Assembly: GCA_963816355.1 (NCBI GenBank)
Contig: CAWFKH010000003.1
Span: forward strand, 42,456-106,455
Reading direction: 5' to 3'
From: an uncultured Gemmatimonadales bacterium
Lineage (GTDB): Bacteria; Gemmatimonadota; Gemmatimonadetes; Longimicrobiales; RSA9
Length of the DNA: 64,000 nt
In this document: one piece after another, positions 1-13,346 of the stretch
Layout: each line of letters opens with the position of its first letter
How positions within the stretch are numbered: position 1 is the stretch's first letter
The notes under the pieces: generated by a model
Database searches by the model: none
Seen by the model: only the letters and a program-made list of their open reading frames with translations
What the model was told of the DNA's origin: nothing
Translations under genes and position numbers: made by a program

Positions 1-1
1 T

Positions 2-787
2 GCGGCGTTCCGCGATCCACAGGCCGTCCTCTACGACGCCGACCTCGACGTCTACTTCGTCAGCAACCGCAACGGCGCCGCGGACTCGGCGGACGACGAC
101 GGCTTCATCAGCCGCGTCCGCCCGGACGGAATGGTCGACTCGCTCCGCTTCATCGTCGGCGGCCGGCACGGCGCGAAGCTGGACGCGCCGCGCGGGATGG
201 CGATCGCGGGAAACACGCTGTGGGTGGCGGACATCACCTGGATCCGCGGCTTCGACAAGCGCACGGGCCGCGTGCTCGCGAGCTTCGATCTGCGGCCGCA
301 GGGCGCCCGCTCGCTCGCCGGAATGGCCGTTGCCGCGGACGGCGCTCTCTACATCTCGGACGCGCGCGCGGGGCGCCTGATCCGGCTCGCGCCGACGCTC
401 GGCCGTGGCGTCGCCTTTGCCGGCGGCGGCCTGGGCGTGCCGGACGGCCTGCTCTGGGACCCCGGCCGCGGGAAGCTGCTCGTCGCCTCGCGCGACCGTC
501 CCGACATCCTCGCCTTTACGCCGGGCGACTCCGCCGTATCCGTCGCCGCGCGCGGGCCCGCCTCGGCCGGCGGCTTCGTTGGCCTCGCGCGGCTCGACGA
601 CGGGCGCATCGTCGCTGCGAGCTCAGGCGGCGGGCTGTACCTGCTCGGCGCGGACGGCCGTCTCACCCGCGTCTACGCCGGAGCCGGCGTCGCCGAGCTC
701 GGCGCGGACACGAAGCGGGGCCGCCTTCTGCTGCCGGTCCCCGGCGAGAACCGCGTGCGCATCCTGGAGATGCCGAAGACGCCCTGA
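2..787 (+). CDS. SMP-30/gluconolactonase-like beta-propeller protein (5' end outside window)
   Basis: Frame is open from position 2: FRDPQAVLYDADLDVYFVSNRNG..DDDGFISRV..PRGMAI..LWVADI..PDGL, typical propeller blades. Confidence 0.7.
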   Translation, partial: AAFRDPQAVLYDADLDVYFVSNRNGAADSADDDGFISRVRPDGMVDSLRFIVGGRHGAKLDAPRGMAIAGNTLWVADITWIRGFDKRTGRVLASFDLRPQGARSLAGMAVAADGALYISDARAGRLIRLAPTLGRGVAFAGGGLGVPDGLLWDPGRGKLLVASRDRPDILAFTPGDSAVSVAARGPASAGGFVGLARLDDGRIVAASSGGGLYLLGADGRLTRVYAGAGVAELGADTKRGRLLLPVPGENRVRILEMPKTP

Positions 788-867
788 CCGGAGCGGCCTC
801 GAGGCCCCCTCCACGGATCCGGCGGCGCCGTGGCCGCGCGTCGCCGAACAGCGGGAAGGAATCGATC

Positions 868-1707
868 ATGGCCGAAACGCTCCGCCTCATGGGAATTCTC
901 GCTCATCCGGACGACGAATCGCTCGGCGCCGGCGGCACCTTCGCGAAGTACGCGGACGAAGGCGTCGAAACCTACCTCGTCACCGCGACGCTGGGCCAGC
1001 GCGGCCGCTATTTCGACGACAGCGACCGTCCCGACGACGCCGAGGTCGGCCGCGTCCGAGAGGCCGAGCTGCGGCGTGCGGCCGCGGTCCTCGGCATCCG
1101 CGAGGTGTGCCCGCTCGGCTACATGGACGGCTCGCTCGACCGCGTGGACACGCGAGAAGCGGTCGGCCGCATCGCCGCCCACATCCGCCGCATCCGTCCG
1201 CAGGTCGTCCTCACCTTCGACCCGTTCGGCGCCTACGGCCACCCGGACCACATCGCGGTGTCACAGCTCGCGGGCGCCGCGATCGTCGCCGCCGCCGCCC
1301 CGGACGGCGAGCGAGCGCGGCCGCCGGGTGGCGGTGCGGCCGCGGCCGAAGCGCGACCGCCGCACGCGGTCGCGAAGCTCTACTACATGGCGTGGGGGCC
1401 GGAGGCGTGGGCGGCGTACCAGGAGGCGTTCAAGACGCTCGTCAGCCGCGTGGACGGGGAGGCGCGGCAGGCGTCGCCGTGGCCGGAGTGGTCGATCACG
1501 ACGCGCGTGGACGCGCGCGCTCACTGGGACACCGTATGGCGCGCGGTCCGGTGTCACGAGACCCAGATGGCGATCTACCGTCGCCTCGGCGAGCTGACGC
1601 CGCGCCACCACGAGGGGCTCTGGGGCGACCAGACCTACTACCGCGTCTTCAGCACCGTGAACGGCGGGCGGGAAAGGGAGAGCGACCTCTTCGCCGGGCT
1701 CCGCTGA
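868..1707 (+). CDS. PIG-L/LmbE family N-acetylglucosaminyl deacetylase (MshB/BshB-like)
   Basis: AHPDDE and GHPDH motifs, REAELRRAAAVLG; ATG 868 after GGAAGGA. Confidence 0.9.
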   Translation: MAETLRLMGILAHPDDESLGAGGTFAKYADEGVETYLVTATLGQRGRYFDDSDRPDDAEVGRVREAELRRAAAVLGIREVCPLGYMDGSLDRVDTREAVGRIAAHIRRIRPQVVLTFDPFGAYGHPDHIAVSQLAGAAIVAAAAPDGERARPPGGGAAAAEARPPHAVAKLYYMAWGPEAWAAYQEAFKTLVSRVDGEARQASPWPEWSITTRVDARAHWDTVWRAVRCHETQMAIYRRLGELTPRHHEGLWGDQTYYRVFSTVNGGRERESDLFAGLR

Positions 1708-1717
1708 GGGGAAGGTC

Positions 1718-2947
1718 TCAGCGCGCCAGCTCCCGCAGACGCCGCCCCGCCTCCTCCAGCGTCTGCAGCCGCTTGCAGAAGGCAAAGCGAACGAGCCGGC
1801 GCCCGTCCCCTGGATCGTGGAAGAAGCTCGATCCCGGTACGGGCGCGACGCCGCCCTCCATGCGACCGTCGGCGCCCGCCGCGAGCCAGCGCGAGAAGGC
1901 GACGTCGTCCAGGTCGCTGAGCGCCGAGAAGTCCGCCATGACGTAGTACGCGCCCTGCGGCGCGTCGCAGCGGAAGCCGGCGGCCTGCAGCGCGGGGACG
2001 AGCGCGTCGCGACGGGCGCGGTAGTCGTCGGCGAGCCGGCCGTAGTACGCCTCGCCGATCCCCTCGAGCGCCGCGGCGCACGCCTCCTGCAGCGGCGCGG
2101 GGGCGCCCACCGTCAGGAAGTCGTGCACCTTGCGGATCGCGCCGGTCAGCGCCGCGGGCGCCACGATCCAGCCGACGCGCCAGCCGGTCACGCTGTACGT
2201 CTTCGACGCGCCGCTGATCGTGACCGTGCGATCCCGCATGCCGTCCAGCGTCGCGAGCGGGATGTGGGCGCCGTCGTAGAGGATGTGCTCGTAGATCTCG
2301 TCCGTCACGGCGATCGCGTCGTGGCGCCGGCACAGCCCCGCCACCGTCTCCAGCTCGTCGCGCGTGAACACCCGGCCGGAAGGGTTGTTCGGCGTGTTGA
2401 GCACGATCGCGCGCGTGCGCGACGAGAACGCCGCCGCCAGGCGATCGAGGTCCGGCCCCGTCCGCGGATCGAGCGGCACGTACACCGGCTTCGCGCCGCA
2501 CAGCACGGCGTCGGGGCCGTAGTTCTCGTAGAACGGCTCGAAGACGATCACCTCGTCGCCCGGATCGACGATCGCGAGCAGCGCGGACGCCATCGCCTCC
2601 GTCGCGCCGCACGCCACGGTGATCTCGCGCTCCGGATCCACGTCCATGCCGTACCCGCGCGCGTAGCTCGCGGCGAGCGCTCGCCGCAGCCGCGGCGCGC
2701 CCCACGTCACGGCGTACTGGTTGACGTCGCCGCGGATCGCCTCGCACGCGGCTTCCTTGAGCAGGTCCGGGGCGGGGAAGTCCGGGAATCCCTGGGCGAG
2801 GTTGATCGCGCCGTGCTCGGCGGCCACGCGCGTCATCTCGCGGATCACCGACTCCGTGAACGTCTCCGTCCGCCGCGCCACGCGTGCGGCGCGCGCGGAG
2901 GTCGGCGCGTGCGCGGCAGCGGTCGACGGCGCGTTCCGATCGCTCAT
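1718..2947 (-). CDS. PLP-dependent class I/II aminotransferase (YbdL/kynurenine aminotransferase-like)
   Basis: [42 protein letters not shown]. Confidence 0.92.
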   Translation of the reverse strand: MSDRNAPSTAAAHAPTSARAARVARRTETFTESVIREMTRVAAEHGAINLAQGFPDFPAPDLLKEAACEAIRGDVNQYAVTWGAPRLRRALAASYARGYGMDVDPEREITVACGATEAMASALLAIVDPGDEVIVFEPFYENYGPDAVLCGAKPVYVPLDPRTGPDLDRLAAAFSSRTRAIVLNTPNNPSGRVFTRDELETVAGLCRRHDAIAVTDEIYEHILYDGAHIPLATLDGMRDRTVTISGASKTYSVTGWRVGWIVAPAALTGAIRKVHDFLTVGAPAPLQEACAAALEGIGEAYYGRLADDYRARRDALVPALQAAGFRCDAPQGAYYVMADFSALSDLDDVAFSRWLAAGADGRMEGGVAPVPGSSFFHDPGDGRRLVRFAFCKRLQTLEEAGRRLRELAR

Positions 2948-3024
2948 CGTCGCGCCTCCTCGTGCTGTTGTCCGGTGCCTGTCGCGCCCCGCTCCTCACG
3001 CCGGCGGGGCCGCAGCGCGGACGA

Positions 3025-4272
3025 TCACGCCTGCGGCCCTTGCCCGTCCGCGTCCGGGTGCAGCCCATCCGCGGCGCGGCGGGCTGGGATCGTGAAGGCG
3101 AAGACCGTCTCGCCGGAGTCGGGGAACTCCGCCCATACGCGGCCGCCCGCCGTCGTCAACGCGTCGCGGACGAGCGAGAGCCCCAGTCCGCTCCCCTCGG
3201 CGGTGCCGACCCGATCGCCGCGGAAGAAGCGCTCGAAGATACGCTCCCGCTGCGCCGGCGGCACGCCGCGCCCGTTGTCCGCCACCTCGACGGTGATGCT
3301 GCGGCCGGCCGGGGACGAGCCGGCCGCGGCGACGCGGATCTCCACCCAGCGATCCTCGCGCGACGGGTCGTGGTACTTGATCGCGTTCGAGAGCAGGTTC
3401 GTGATCACCAGCTCGATCAGGGAGGCCTTCACCTCGACTTCCGGCAGCTCACCGGCGACGCGAACCTGCACGCCGGCGGCCGACGCCATCTCGCGGAGCC
3501 GCCGCACGCTCTCCTCGATCGCGTGGCGCAGGTGCACGTTGCGGTGCGAGCGCGTGTCGCGGTCCGTGCGCGACAGCTCGATCAGATCGTCCACCAGGCG
3601 GCGCATCCGCTCCGCGTTCTCGGCGATCATCCGGACGAAGCGCTCGCGCTCCTCGGGCACCGCGACCACGAACTCCTCCGACAGCATGTGCGCGGCGCCG
3701 AGGATCGCGCCGATCTCGTTCCGGACCTCGTGCGACAGGGCGCGGTTGAAGCTGCGCAGCCGGTCCTCCCGCTCTCCGATCACCCGTTCGGCGTGATCGA
3801 GGAATTCCGTCATCGTCTCGCGCTGGACGACCGCCACCGCGTGGAACAGGCGGTCGGCCGCTTCGGTCAAGTGGGGCGCGCTGTCGACGTGCTCCTCCGC
3901 GTGAGCGCCGAGCGCCTGGAAGAGGACCGCGCCGAGGATCTCGTACTCCCACAGGATCTGCCGCGCGTCGAACCCCTGCTCGTGACGCATCCGCCCCAGC
4001 TCCCGCGCCTTCGACACCACCGGCGTGTCGGCGGCGAGCTCGTTGCTGTGGTCGGCCACGTAGTCCCCCATCCGCTCGACGAGCATCGGGATGTGGTCGA
4101 GCAGGTCCTCGGACGGAAAGACCAGCGCGGGATCGAGCGTGATCCGATGCGCGATGCGCTCCAGCCAGCGCTGCACCAGGTCCTCGCTGCGCCCGCGCAG
4201 GGCGGCGGCGAAGGTCCGCAGCGCGGCGGCCTGGGCGTTCTTCGGCATCAAGGAATCGGCGTCCGGCGTCAT
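3025..4272 (-). CDS. Cytoplasmic histidine kinase with N-terminal RsbRD_N-like domain
   Basis: H-box SHEVRN, N-box [26 protein letters not shown]; N-terminal '[17 protein letters not shown]' pattern; GGGAGAG SD before ATG 4272. Confidence 0.85.
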   Translation of the reverse strand: MTPDADSLMPKNAQAAALRTFAAALRGRSEDLVQRWLERIAHRITLDPALVFPSEDLLDHIPMLVERMGDYVADHSNELAADTPVVSKARELGRMRHEQGFDARQILWEYEILGAVLFQALGAHAEEHVDSAPHLTEAADRLFHAVAVVQRETMTEFLDHAERVIGEREDRLRSFNRALSHEVRNEIGAILGAAHMLSEEFVVAVPEERERFVRMIAENAERMRRLVDDLIELSRTDRDTRSHRNVHLRHAIEESVRRLREMASAAGVQVRVAGELPEVEVKASLIELVITNLLSNAIKYHDPSREDRWVEIRVAAAGSSPAGRSITVEVADNGRGVPPAQRERIFERFFRGDRVGTAEGSGLGLSLVRDALTTAGGRVWAEFPDSGETVFAFTIPARRAADGLHPDADGQGPQA

Positions 4273-4338
4273 CGCTCTCCCGGGGCGCGCTTCGCTTCCG
4301 TCGCGAACGTGGTTCACGCGGCGTCGTTTCGAGCGCTT

Positions 4339-4354
4339 TGCAGGAGTCGGGCCA
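4339..4354 (-). promoter_or_regulatory. Putative sigma-54 -24/-12 promoter for the histidine kinase
   Basis: Minus strand reads TGGCCCGACTCCTGCA (GG-N10-GC), about 65 nt upstream of the start codon. Confidence 0.5.
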
Positions 4355-4446
4355 GCGGCGGGAGCGCGCGGTTTTGCATCTGCCGCGCGAGGGCGCATCT
4401 TGAGTCCCTGGGCAGCATCGCCGAACCCGCAACGGAACGAACCGCC

Positions 4447-7188
<2,742 letters not shown>

Positions 7189-7376
7189 GCCGCGCGGCGG
7201 GATGCGTCCTCTCCGCGGGACGCCGGTGTGACCTTTCGAGGGGGCGGCGCGGCCGATCCTGGCGCCGCCATCGTCGCTACAACGTGTTACGTGACAACGA
7301 CTTGTGTCGTGCATCCCCCGCCGGCACGGATCCGGCCTCCTCCATCCGCGAAACACCATCTCAGAAGGAGGCCCCG

Positions 7377-7973
7377 ATGCTCAAGCCTGGACTCCCGTTT
7401 TCCGCGGCGCTGCTGCTCGGCGCCCTCGCGATCCCCGCCGCCCTCGCCGTGCCCGCCCCGGCGTCGGCTCAGATCTTCTCGCGCGGAAGCCGCGACGACC
7501 GCGCGGCCTGCGAGAGCCGCTACCGCCGCAGCGCGATCCGCCTGCGCGCCCAGGAGCGGCAGTGGTCGCTCCGGCACGCCCGCGCCCGCGGCGCCGAGAA
7601 CCGCGCCGCCCGGCAGCGTTTCCGCGCCGCCGAGCTGCGGCTGCGACGGGACTACTCCCGCTGCGTGGCGCGCGTCGCTCGACGGGGCGGCCGCAACGAC
7701 CGGAACGGGCGCTACGACCGGAACGGGCGCTACGACGGCTCGCGCGACCGTCCGGACCGCTACGGCCGGAATGGCCGCTACGACGCGCGTTCGCGACCGG
7801 GCGAGGCGCGGCTGGAGAGCCGGTCGGGGCGCGTGGAGCGGAGAGAGGACCGCGTCGAGCGGCGGCGCGACGAGCGCGGCGGGCGTGACGACGGCGGGAA
7901 AGTGGAGGGTCGGCGCGACGGCCGGGGCGGCGGGGATGCGCGTCAGGGCGATCGTGGGGACGACCGCCGCTGA
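7377..7973 (+). CDS. Secreted Arg/Asp/Gly-rich hypothetical protein with DRNGRY repeats
   Basis: GAAGGAGG SD; signal peptide ending ASA-Q; low-complexity C-terminus with an 18-nt tandem repeat. Confidence 0.65.
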   Translation: MLKPGLPFSAALLLGALAIPAALAVPAPASAQIFSRGSRDDRAACESRYRRSAIRLRAQERQWSLRHARARGAENRAARQRFRAAELRLRRDYSRCVARVARRGGRNDRNGRYDRNGRYDGSRDRPDRYGRNGRYDARSRPGEARLESRSGRVERREDRVERRRDERGGRDDGGKVEGRRDGRGGGDARQGDRGDDRR

Positions 7974-7994
7974 CGCGTCACCCGCGCGGCGGGA

Positions 7995-9020
7995 TTACGA
8001 CGTCGCGGCAGCGCGGCCGTTGCCGGAAGCCTTCCCGGCGACCGCTTCGGCCGCGTCCGCGGCGGCCTGGGCGGCGGATGCGGCGCGCCGGCCGGCGGAG
8101 TCGCGCGCGTGCGCGGCGGCGGCGGAGGCGCGGTGTGCGGCGGCGGAGGCCCGGGCGGCGGCGGCGGACGCGCAAGCGGCGGCGGACGCGGCGTGCTCGC
8201 GCGCGGTGCTGGCGGCGCGGCCGGCGCTCTCGCTGGCGCTCGAGTAGTAGCGTGCGGCGAAGTCGCGGGCGTTGAGGGTGCGGGCGTAGACGACGCGCGC
8301 GAGCTTCGTCATCGTGAGGAGCTTGATGTAGATCCAGCCGATGTCGAACTCGTACCAGCGGGCGCGGAACTTGGCGGATCGGGGATCGGCGTGGTGGTTG
8401 TTGTGGAGCTCCTCGCCGCCGATGAAGATGCCGATCGGCAGGATGTTACGGCTCTCGTCCTTGGTGGCGAAGTTGCGGTAGCCGAGCGCGTGGCCGATGC
8501 CGTTGACGATGTTGCCGAAGATCGGCAGCCATACGGTCATCGCGCTCCACACGAGCAGCCCGATCCACGGCCCGAACAGAAGGAAGTCCAGGACGAACAT
8601 GATCGCGAGGCCGAGCCACGAGTACCGCGAGTAGAGGTGGCGCTCGACGGCGTCGTCGGGACACCCCTTGCCGTACTTCTCGAGCATCTCCTCGTCCTTG
8701 ACGGCGCGGCGGTAGAAGAAGACGCCGCCGAGGACGATCTCCCACAGCCCCTCGACCGCCGGCGAATGCGGATCCCCTTCGCGATCCGAGAAGGCGTGGT
8801 GCTTCCGGTGGACGGCGACCCACTCGCGGGTCTTCATGCCGGTGGTCAGCCACAGCCAGAACCGGAAGAAGTGCTCGGCGATCGGGTGGTAGCGGACGCC
8901 GCCGTGCGTCGCTCCGCGGTGCAGATAGAGCGTCGTCGCCGTATTCGATATATGGCCGACGACCGCCACCCACAGCAGCGGCACCCACCACGGATGCGCG
9001 AGAAATCCCGGTTCGGGCAT
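7995..9020 (-). CDS. Fatty acid (acyl-CoA, delta-9 type) desaturase with Ala-rich C-terminal tail
   Basis: Histidine boxes HRGATH, HRKHH, HNNHH; WYEFDIGW. Confidence 0.9.
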   Translation of the reverse strand: MPEPGFLAHPWWVPLLWVAVVGHISNTATTLYLHRGATHGGVRYHPIAEHFFRFWLWLTTGMKTREWVAVHRKHHAFSDREGDPHSPAVEGLWEIVLGGVFFYRRAVKDEEMLEKYGKGCPDDAVERHLYSRYSWLGLAIMFVLDFLLFGPWIGLLVWSAMTVWLPIFGNIVNGIGHALGYRNFATKDESRNILPIGIFIGGEELHNNHHADPRSAKFRARWYEFDIGWIYIKLLTMTKLARVVYARTLNARDFAARYYSSASESAGRAASTAREHAASAAACASAAAARASAAAHRASAAAAHARDSAGRRAASAAQAAADAAEAVAGKASGNGRAAATS

Positions 9021-9159
9021 AACCTACTCCTGTCAGCGGGGAAGCATCGGAGCCGAGCGAGCGCCGCGGACGACGCGGCGCGTGACGGGACTTAAAGGTC
9101 GCCGTTTCCGGAGTATGACGCAAGCCGCAGGCCTCGGTGACGTCCCCGTCGCTCCTGCC

Positions 9160-10299
9160 TCACCAGCCCTTCGCGGCCACCTCCCAGCGGTCGACCACCG
9201 CATCGCCGCGCACCGCGTACAGCACCGGCTGCAGGTTGACCGAGACGCACACGTGGTTCGGCACGATGCGGACGCGGTCGCCGACGCGCGGCCGCCAGTC
9301 GCCGCCGCGCAGGTCGAGGATGCCGTGTTCCTCCGATGTGGCGCGGACCACGACTTCCGGCCGGTCGAGCAGCGCTCCAAGCCCGGCCGTGGGGCCCTCG
9401 CGGCCGTCCGCCGTGCGGATTCGGGCATCGGTCGGCGCGCGGATCTCCTCGCGCGAGAGCGCCTTCGATCCCGCGTCCACGACCGCCTGCCCGGGTACCG
9501 CGGTGCTGATCACCGTCGCGAGGATCGTGTAGGCGCAATCCTCCCACCGACAGGCATCGAGCGCCGCCGTCGTGCGGTCGTTGAAGATGTAGGTGCCGGG
9601 GCGGATCTCCGTGACGCCGTGCAGGCGGTGGGACTGGAAGGCCGTCGGCGTGGAGCCTCCGCTCACGACCTCGGGCTCGAGGCCGGCATCGATCAGCGCG
9701 GCGAGGCGTGCGTCGAGATCCTGCTGCAGCCGCGCCAACGCGGGACCCTGCGCCGCCACCAGCTCGCGGATGTGCCCGGGGTAGAACAGCACGCCGCGAA
9801 ACCGGAGCGCATCGAGGCGGCTGGCTTCTCGTGCGAGGCGCACGAGCGCGGCGGCGTCGGCAACGCCCATGCGGCCCATGCCGACGTCGGCCTCCAGGAG
9901 GACGGCCACGTCGCGTCCGGCCGACACGGCCGCGTCCGAGAGCGCCAGCAGCGCCGCTTCCGAGTCGACCGCCACGCTCACGTCGCGGTCCGCAGGCAGC
10001 CGGTGCAGCGCGGCACGGCGGCCGCCGCCGAGCACCGGGTAGGCGATCAGGATGTCGTGCGCGACGGTCCCCATCACCTGCGCCTCGGGGCCGGTCGCCA
10101 CGGTCACGCCCACGGCGCCGCGGCGTAGCTGCTCGCGCGCCAGCAGCGGGTTCTTGTGGGTCTTCGTGTGGGGGCGCAGCGCCAGCCCGTGCTCCGCGGT
10201 GTAGGCGGCCATGCGGTCCAGGTTCGCCGTCATGAGGTCGACGTCCACGAGCGCAGCCGGCGTGGGCAACGCATCGACGCTGCGCGCGTCCTCACGCAC
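9160..10299 (-). CDS. Fold-type III PLP enzyme, D-serine dehydratase/D-threonine aldolase family
   Basis: LRPHTKTHK, SGGSTPT, EIRPGTYIFND, EEHG, PNHVC. Confidence 0.88.
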   Translation of the reverse strand: MREDARSVDALPTPAALVDVDLMTANLDRMAAYTAEHGLALRPHTKTHKNPLLAREQLRRGAVGVTVATGPEAQVMGTVAHDILIAYPVLGGGRRAALHRLPADRDVSVAVDSEAALLALSDAAVSAGRDVAVLLEADVGMGRMGVADAAALVRLAREASRLDALRFRGVLFYPGHIRELVAAQGPALARLQQDLDARLAALIDAGLEPEVVSGGSTPTAFQSHRLHGVTEIRPGTYIFNDRTTAALDACRWEDCAYTILATVISTAVPGQAVVDAGSKALSREEIRAPTDARIRTADGREGPTAGLGALLDRPEVVVRATSEEHGILDLRGGDWRPRVGDRVRIVPNHVCVSVNLQPVLYAVRGDAVVDRWEVAAKGW

Positions 10300-11908
10300 G
10301 GTCCGCTTCCGTCCGGTCCCCGTCCGTCGCTCCGGTCGAGCGCAGCGCCCCCGCCACGCGCTCCACCAGCGTCCGCGGCGTGAACGGCTTCTCGATCAAC
10401 CGGGCGCCGGGTGGCAGGACGCCGCGCTCGGCCACTTCCTCGGAGGTCTGGCCGCTGGTGAAGAGGACCGGCGTGGTGGGACGGAGCACCGCGAGCCGCC
10501 GCGCCAGCTCGGGACCTCCCATCAGCGGCATCAGAATGTCCGTCACCACGAGGTCGAACACGCCGGCGTGCGACTCCACGATGCGGAGCGCATCCTCCCC
10601 GTTCTCCGCTTCCACGACGTGCACGCCGGCGGCCTCCATCGCGCGGCGCGCGAAGGTCCGGACGCTCGCGTCGTCGTCGACCAGCAGGACGAGGCGGTCG
10701 GCGAAATCCGGCAGCGGAAGGGGCGCGGTCGCGTCGCCCGCGTCGTCGCCTTCGTCCGGCGCCGCAGGGCGTATATCGGTGTCGCGGGGCAGGTAGATCT
10801 TGAAGGTGGTGCCCGCACCGGGCTCGCTGTACACCCAGACATGGCCGCCCGCCTGCTTCACGATCTGGTAGACGGTGCTCAGGCCGAGGCCCGTCCCCTT
10901 GCCCTTCTCCTTCGTCGTGAAGAACGGCTCGAAGATCCGCTCGCGCACCGAAGCGGGCATGCCGACGCCGGTGTCGCTCACGCTCAGGCGGATGTAGCCG
11001 GCGGCGTGGGCGCCGGACGGGAGTCGTGCCGCCGTCGTATCCTCGCGGTCGACGCCGTCGGCGCGAATGTGGATGCGGCCGCCCTCCGGCATCGCGTCGC
11101 GCGCGTTCACGACGAGGTTGACGAGCACCTGCTCGAGCAGGCCGCGGTCTGCGTGCACCGGGAGCGGAGCGTCGGCGAACGAGGTCTCGATCATCACGTC
11201 CGCCCCCACCAATCGTTTCAGCATCCGCTCGAGGTCGCGCACCAGGTCGGTGGCGTCGAGCCGCTGCGGCCGCGCGGTCTGCTTGCGGCTGAAGGTGAGC
11301 AGCCGGCGAACGAGGTCGGCGGCGCGGTCGGCGGCGCGAACGACTTCCTCGAGGTCCGCCCGCAACGCCGCGTCGCCGACCTCCTCGAGCACCATGAGCG
11401 TGTAGCCGCGGATCGCCGTGAGGATGTTGTTGAAGTCGTGCGCGACGCCGCCGGCGAGGCGGCCCACGGCCTCCATCTTCTGCGCGTGGCGGAGCTGCTC
11501 GGCCAGCGAGCGCTCCTGGGTGACGTCGCGGCTGTTGACGATGATCCCGCCCACAGCCGGGTCCGCGATCGCGTTCGTCCACGTGCAGTCGAGCAGGCGC
11601 CAGGCGCCGTCGCGGTGCCGGAACCGCAGCTCGCCGCGCCGCACCCGGCCCGCCTTCGCCGCGACCTCCGCCAGGATCGACTCCCGGTGCTCCCGCTCGT
11701 CCGGGTGGTACAGCTCCGGCGCCCTGCGGCCGATCAGCTCAGCCGCGCGGTACCCGAGCACCGGCTCGACCGCGGGGCTCACGTAGCGGATCACGCCGGC
11801 ATCGTCGACAATCGCCATCATCTCGGTGGCGTGCGCCAGCAGCGCTACGTAGCGGGCGACGCTATGGCGGAGCGCCTCCGGCGTGGCCACGGTCTGGTCA
11901 GCGTCCAC
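10292..11908 (-). CDS. PAS-domain hybrid histidine kinase/receiver (CckA-like)
   Basis: PAS domain; [36 protein letters not shown]; C-terminal receiver VLLVDD..VTDILMP..KP; GGGAGG SD before GTG 11908. Confidence 0.9.
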   Translation of the reverse strand: MDADQTVATPEALRHSVARYVALLAHATEMMAIVDDAGVIRYVSPAVEPVLGYRAAELIGRRAPELYHPDEREHRESILAEVAAKAGRVRRGELRFRHRDGAWRLLDCTWTNAIADPAVGGIIVNSRDVTQERSLAEQLRHAQKMEAVGRLAGGVAHDFNNILTAIRGYTLMVLEEVGDAALRADLEEVVRAADRAADLVRRLLTFSRKQTARPQRLDATDLVRDLERMLKRLVGADVMIETSFADAPLPVHADRGLLEQVLVNLVVNARDAMPEGGRIHIRADGVDREDTTAARLPSGAHAAGYIRLSVSDTGVGMPASVRERIFEPFFTTKEKGKGTGLGLSTVYQIVKQAGGHVWVYSEPGAGTTFKIYLPRDTDIRPAAPDEGDDAGDATAPLPLPDFADRLVLLVDDDASVRTFARRAMEAAGVHVVEAENGEDALRIVESHAGVFDLVVTDILMPLMGGPELARRLAVLRPTTPVLFTSGQTSEEVAERGVLPPGARLIEKPFTPRTLVERVAGALRSTGATDGDRTEADRA

Positions 11909-12154
11909 CGACCTCCCTTCGCGCCCCTCCGGGTCCGGTCCGGCCAAGATCGATCCTGTCTCGGGTCACGGTGGAGGTGCGCCGCGGCGGTTCGGCGTGC
12001 GCTAACGGAAGTGCACAGCGCAAGATATGGCAGAGGTGCCAAGTTGAGAATCGAGGCGCGACGGCCTTTGCGCAAGGGCAGCGCGGTGGTGCTCCGCCGG
12101 TTGCACCCGCCGCCGCCTCTGCGCGATATTGCACCGGCCGGCTCGACCGGCATC

Positions 12155-12227
<73 letters not shown>

Positions 12228-12250
12228 CTCGGGACGCGGGCCCTCCTCCG

Positions 12251-12706
12251 TCAAGCGCCGGCGGCCGCCGAGGTGAGGTCGGAGGTGCAGTGGGCGCAGC
12301 GCGTCGCGCCGATCGGGATGCGGAAGCGACAGTAGGGGCACTCCTTCTCGGTCGGCGCGGCGGGCGCCGACACCTTCGGGCGCCGCAGCCGGTTGTACGA
12401 ACGCACGAGGAGGAAGACGGTGAACGCGACGATCAGGAAGCTGATCAAGTTGTTGATGAAGACGCCGTAGTTGATCGTGGGCGCGCCGGCGGCGGTCGCG
12501 TCCGCGAGCGAGGCGTACGGCTGCCCGGAGAGGTTGATGTAGAGCTCGGAGAAGTCGACGCCGCCGGTCGCCAGCCCGATCGGCGGCATGATCACGTCCT
12601 TCACCAGGGAGTTCACCACGGACGTGAAGGCGGCGCCGATCACGATCCCGACGGCGAGATCGAAGACGCTGCCGCGCGCAATGAATTCCTTGAATTCCTT
12701 GAACAT
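12251..12706 (-). CDS. mscL: Large-conductance mechanosensitive channel with C-terminal CxxC/CxxC zinc ribbon
   Basis: MFKEFKEFIARGSVFDLAVGIVIGAAF; NYGVFINNLISFLIV; CPYC..CAHC. Confidence 0.95.
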   Translation of the reverse strand: MFKEFKEFIARGSVFDLAVGIVIGAAFTSVVNSLVKDVIMPPIGLATGGVDFSELYINLSGQPYASLADATAAGAPTINYGVFINNLISFLIVAFTVFLLVRSYNRLRRPKVSAPAAPTEKECPYCRFRIPIGATRCAHCTSDLTSAAAGA

Positions 12707-12916
12707 GTCGTGCCCCTCCGCGGTAGACCCATGTCGGTGCGACGGATGCCACGTACAGGATGCTCCATGTGCGTCGCGACATCAACGTTGTCGTGGCCGC
12801 GCTCGCGGTCGCTGTCACGTCCCGCGGCGATCGGGCGTTCGTCGGAAGAGGGGACGCGCCGCCCTTCGGGCGGTGAGTCGTCGGCCCGCGCGGGCGCGCC
12901 GGCGCCTCGCGGGCGC

Positions 12917-12932
12917 GGGCACACGGCTTGCC
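12917..12932 (+). promoter_or_regulatory. Putative sigma-54 promoter
   Basis: GGGCACACGGCTTGCC matches GGCAC-N5-TTGC. Confidence 0.6.
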
Positions 12933-12942
12933 AGTATCTCAT

Positions 12943-13010
12943 TGCCAGGAGAGGGGGCGGAGCCGAGCCGACGTGGGTGCTTCGCCCCCTCTCGGCAGTC
13001 CGCCTGCCGA
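12943..13010 (+). other. Structured RNA leader or candidate sRNA (long hairpin plus an overlapping alternative hairpin)
   Basis: 15-bp stem 12949-12963/12979-12993, extendable by TGCC/GGCA; second stem 12992-12998/13004-13010. Confidence 0.4.
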
Positions 13011-13079
13011 CATTCGCCGATCACGGCTGATCCCCGGCGCGTTCGCCCCGTCCCGGGGACGAGGAGGATAGGAGTCGTT

Positions 13080-13346
13080 ATGTTGTTGTCGTTGGCCGTC
13101 GCCCTCACCCTGCTCGCGATGATCTTCCTTCTGGTGCTTCGCTCGCTGCCCGATGGACGCTCCTGTCCCGCGTGCGGATCGACCCCGCTGCGGAGGAGCA
13201 CGTTCGGCCCGCCCGGCGGCGTCCGTCGTCGCGCGCTGGCGGGCCTCGTGGACCGGGGCCACTGCGCCGGCTGCGGCTGGCGCGGCCCGGTGCGGCGCGG
13301 GCCGCACGCGCAGCGCGTGCCGCGGAGCCGGGGGAGGATGCCATGA
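13080..13346 (+). CDS. Small membrane-anchored zinc-ribbon protein
   Basis: AGGAG SD; N-terminal hydrophobic helix; CPAC..CAGC. Confidence 0.6.
   Translation: MLLSLAVALTLLAMIFLLVLRSLPDGRSCPACGSTPLRRSTFGPPGGVRRRALAGLVDRGHCAGCGWRGPVRRGPHAQRVPRSRGRMP

Noticed and set aside
12028-12041. TGGCA-N4-TGCCA palindrome as a sigma-54 promoter
   Set aside because: GG-to-GC spacing is wrong on both strands; it may be an operator but occurs once with no support
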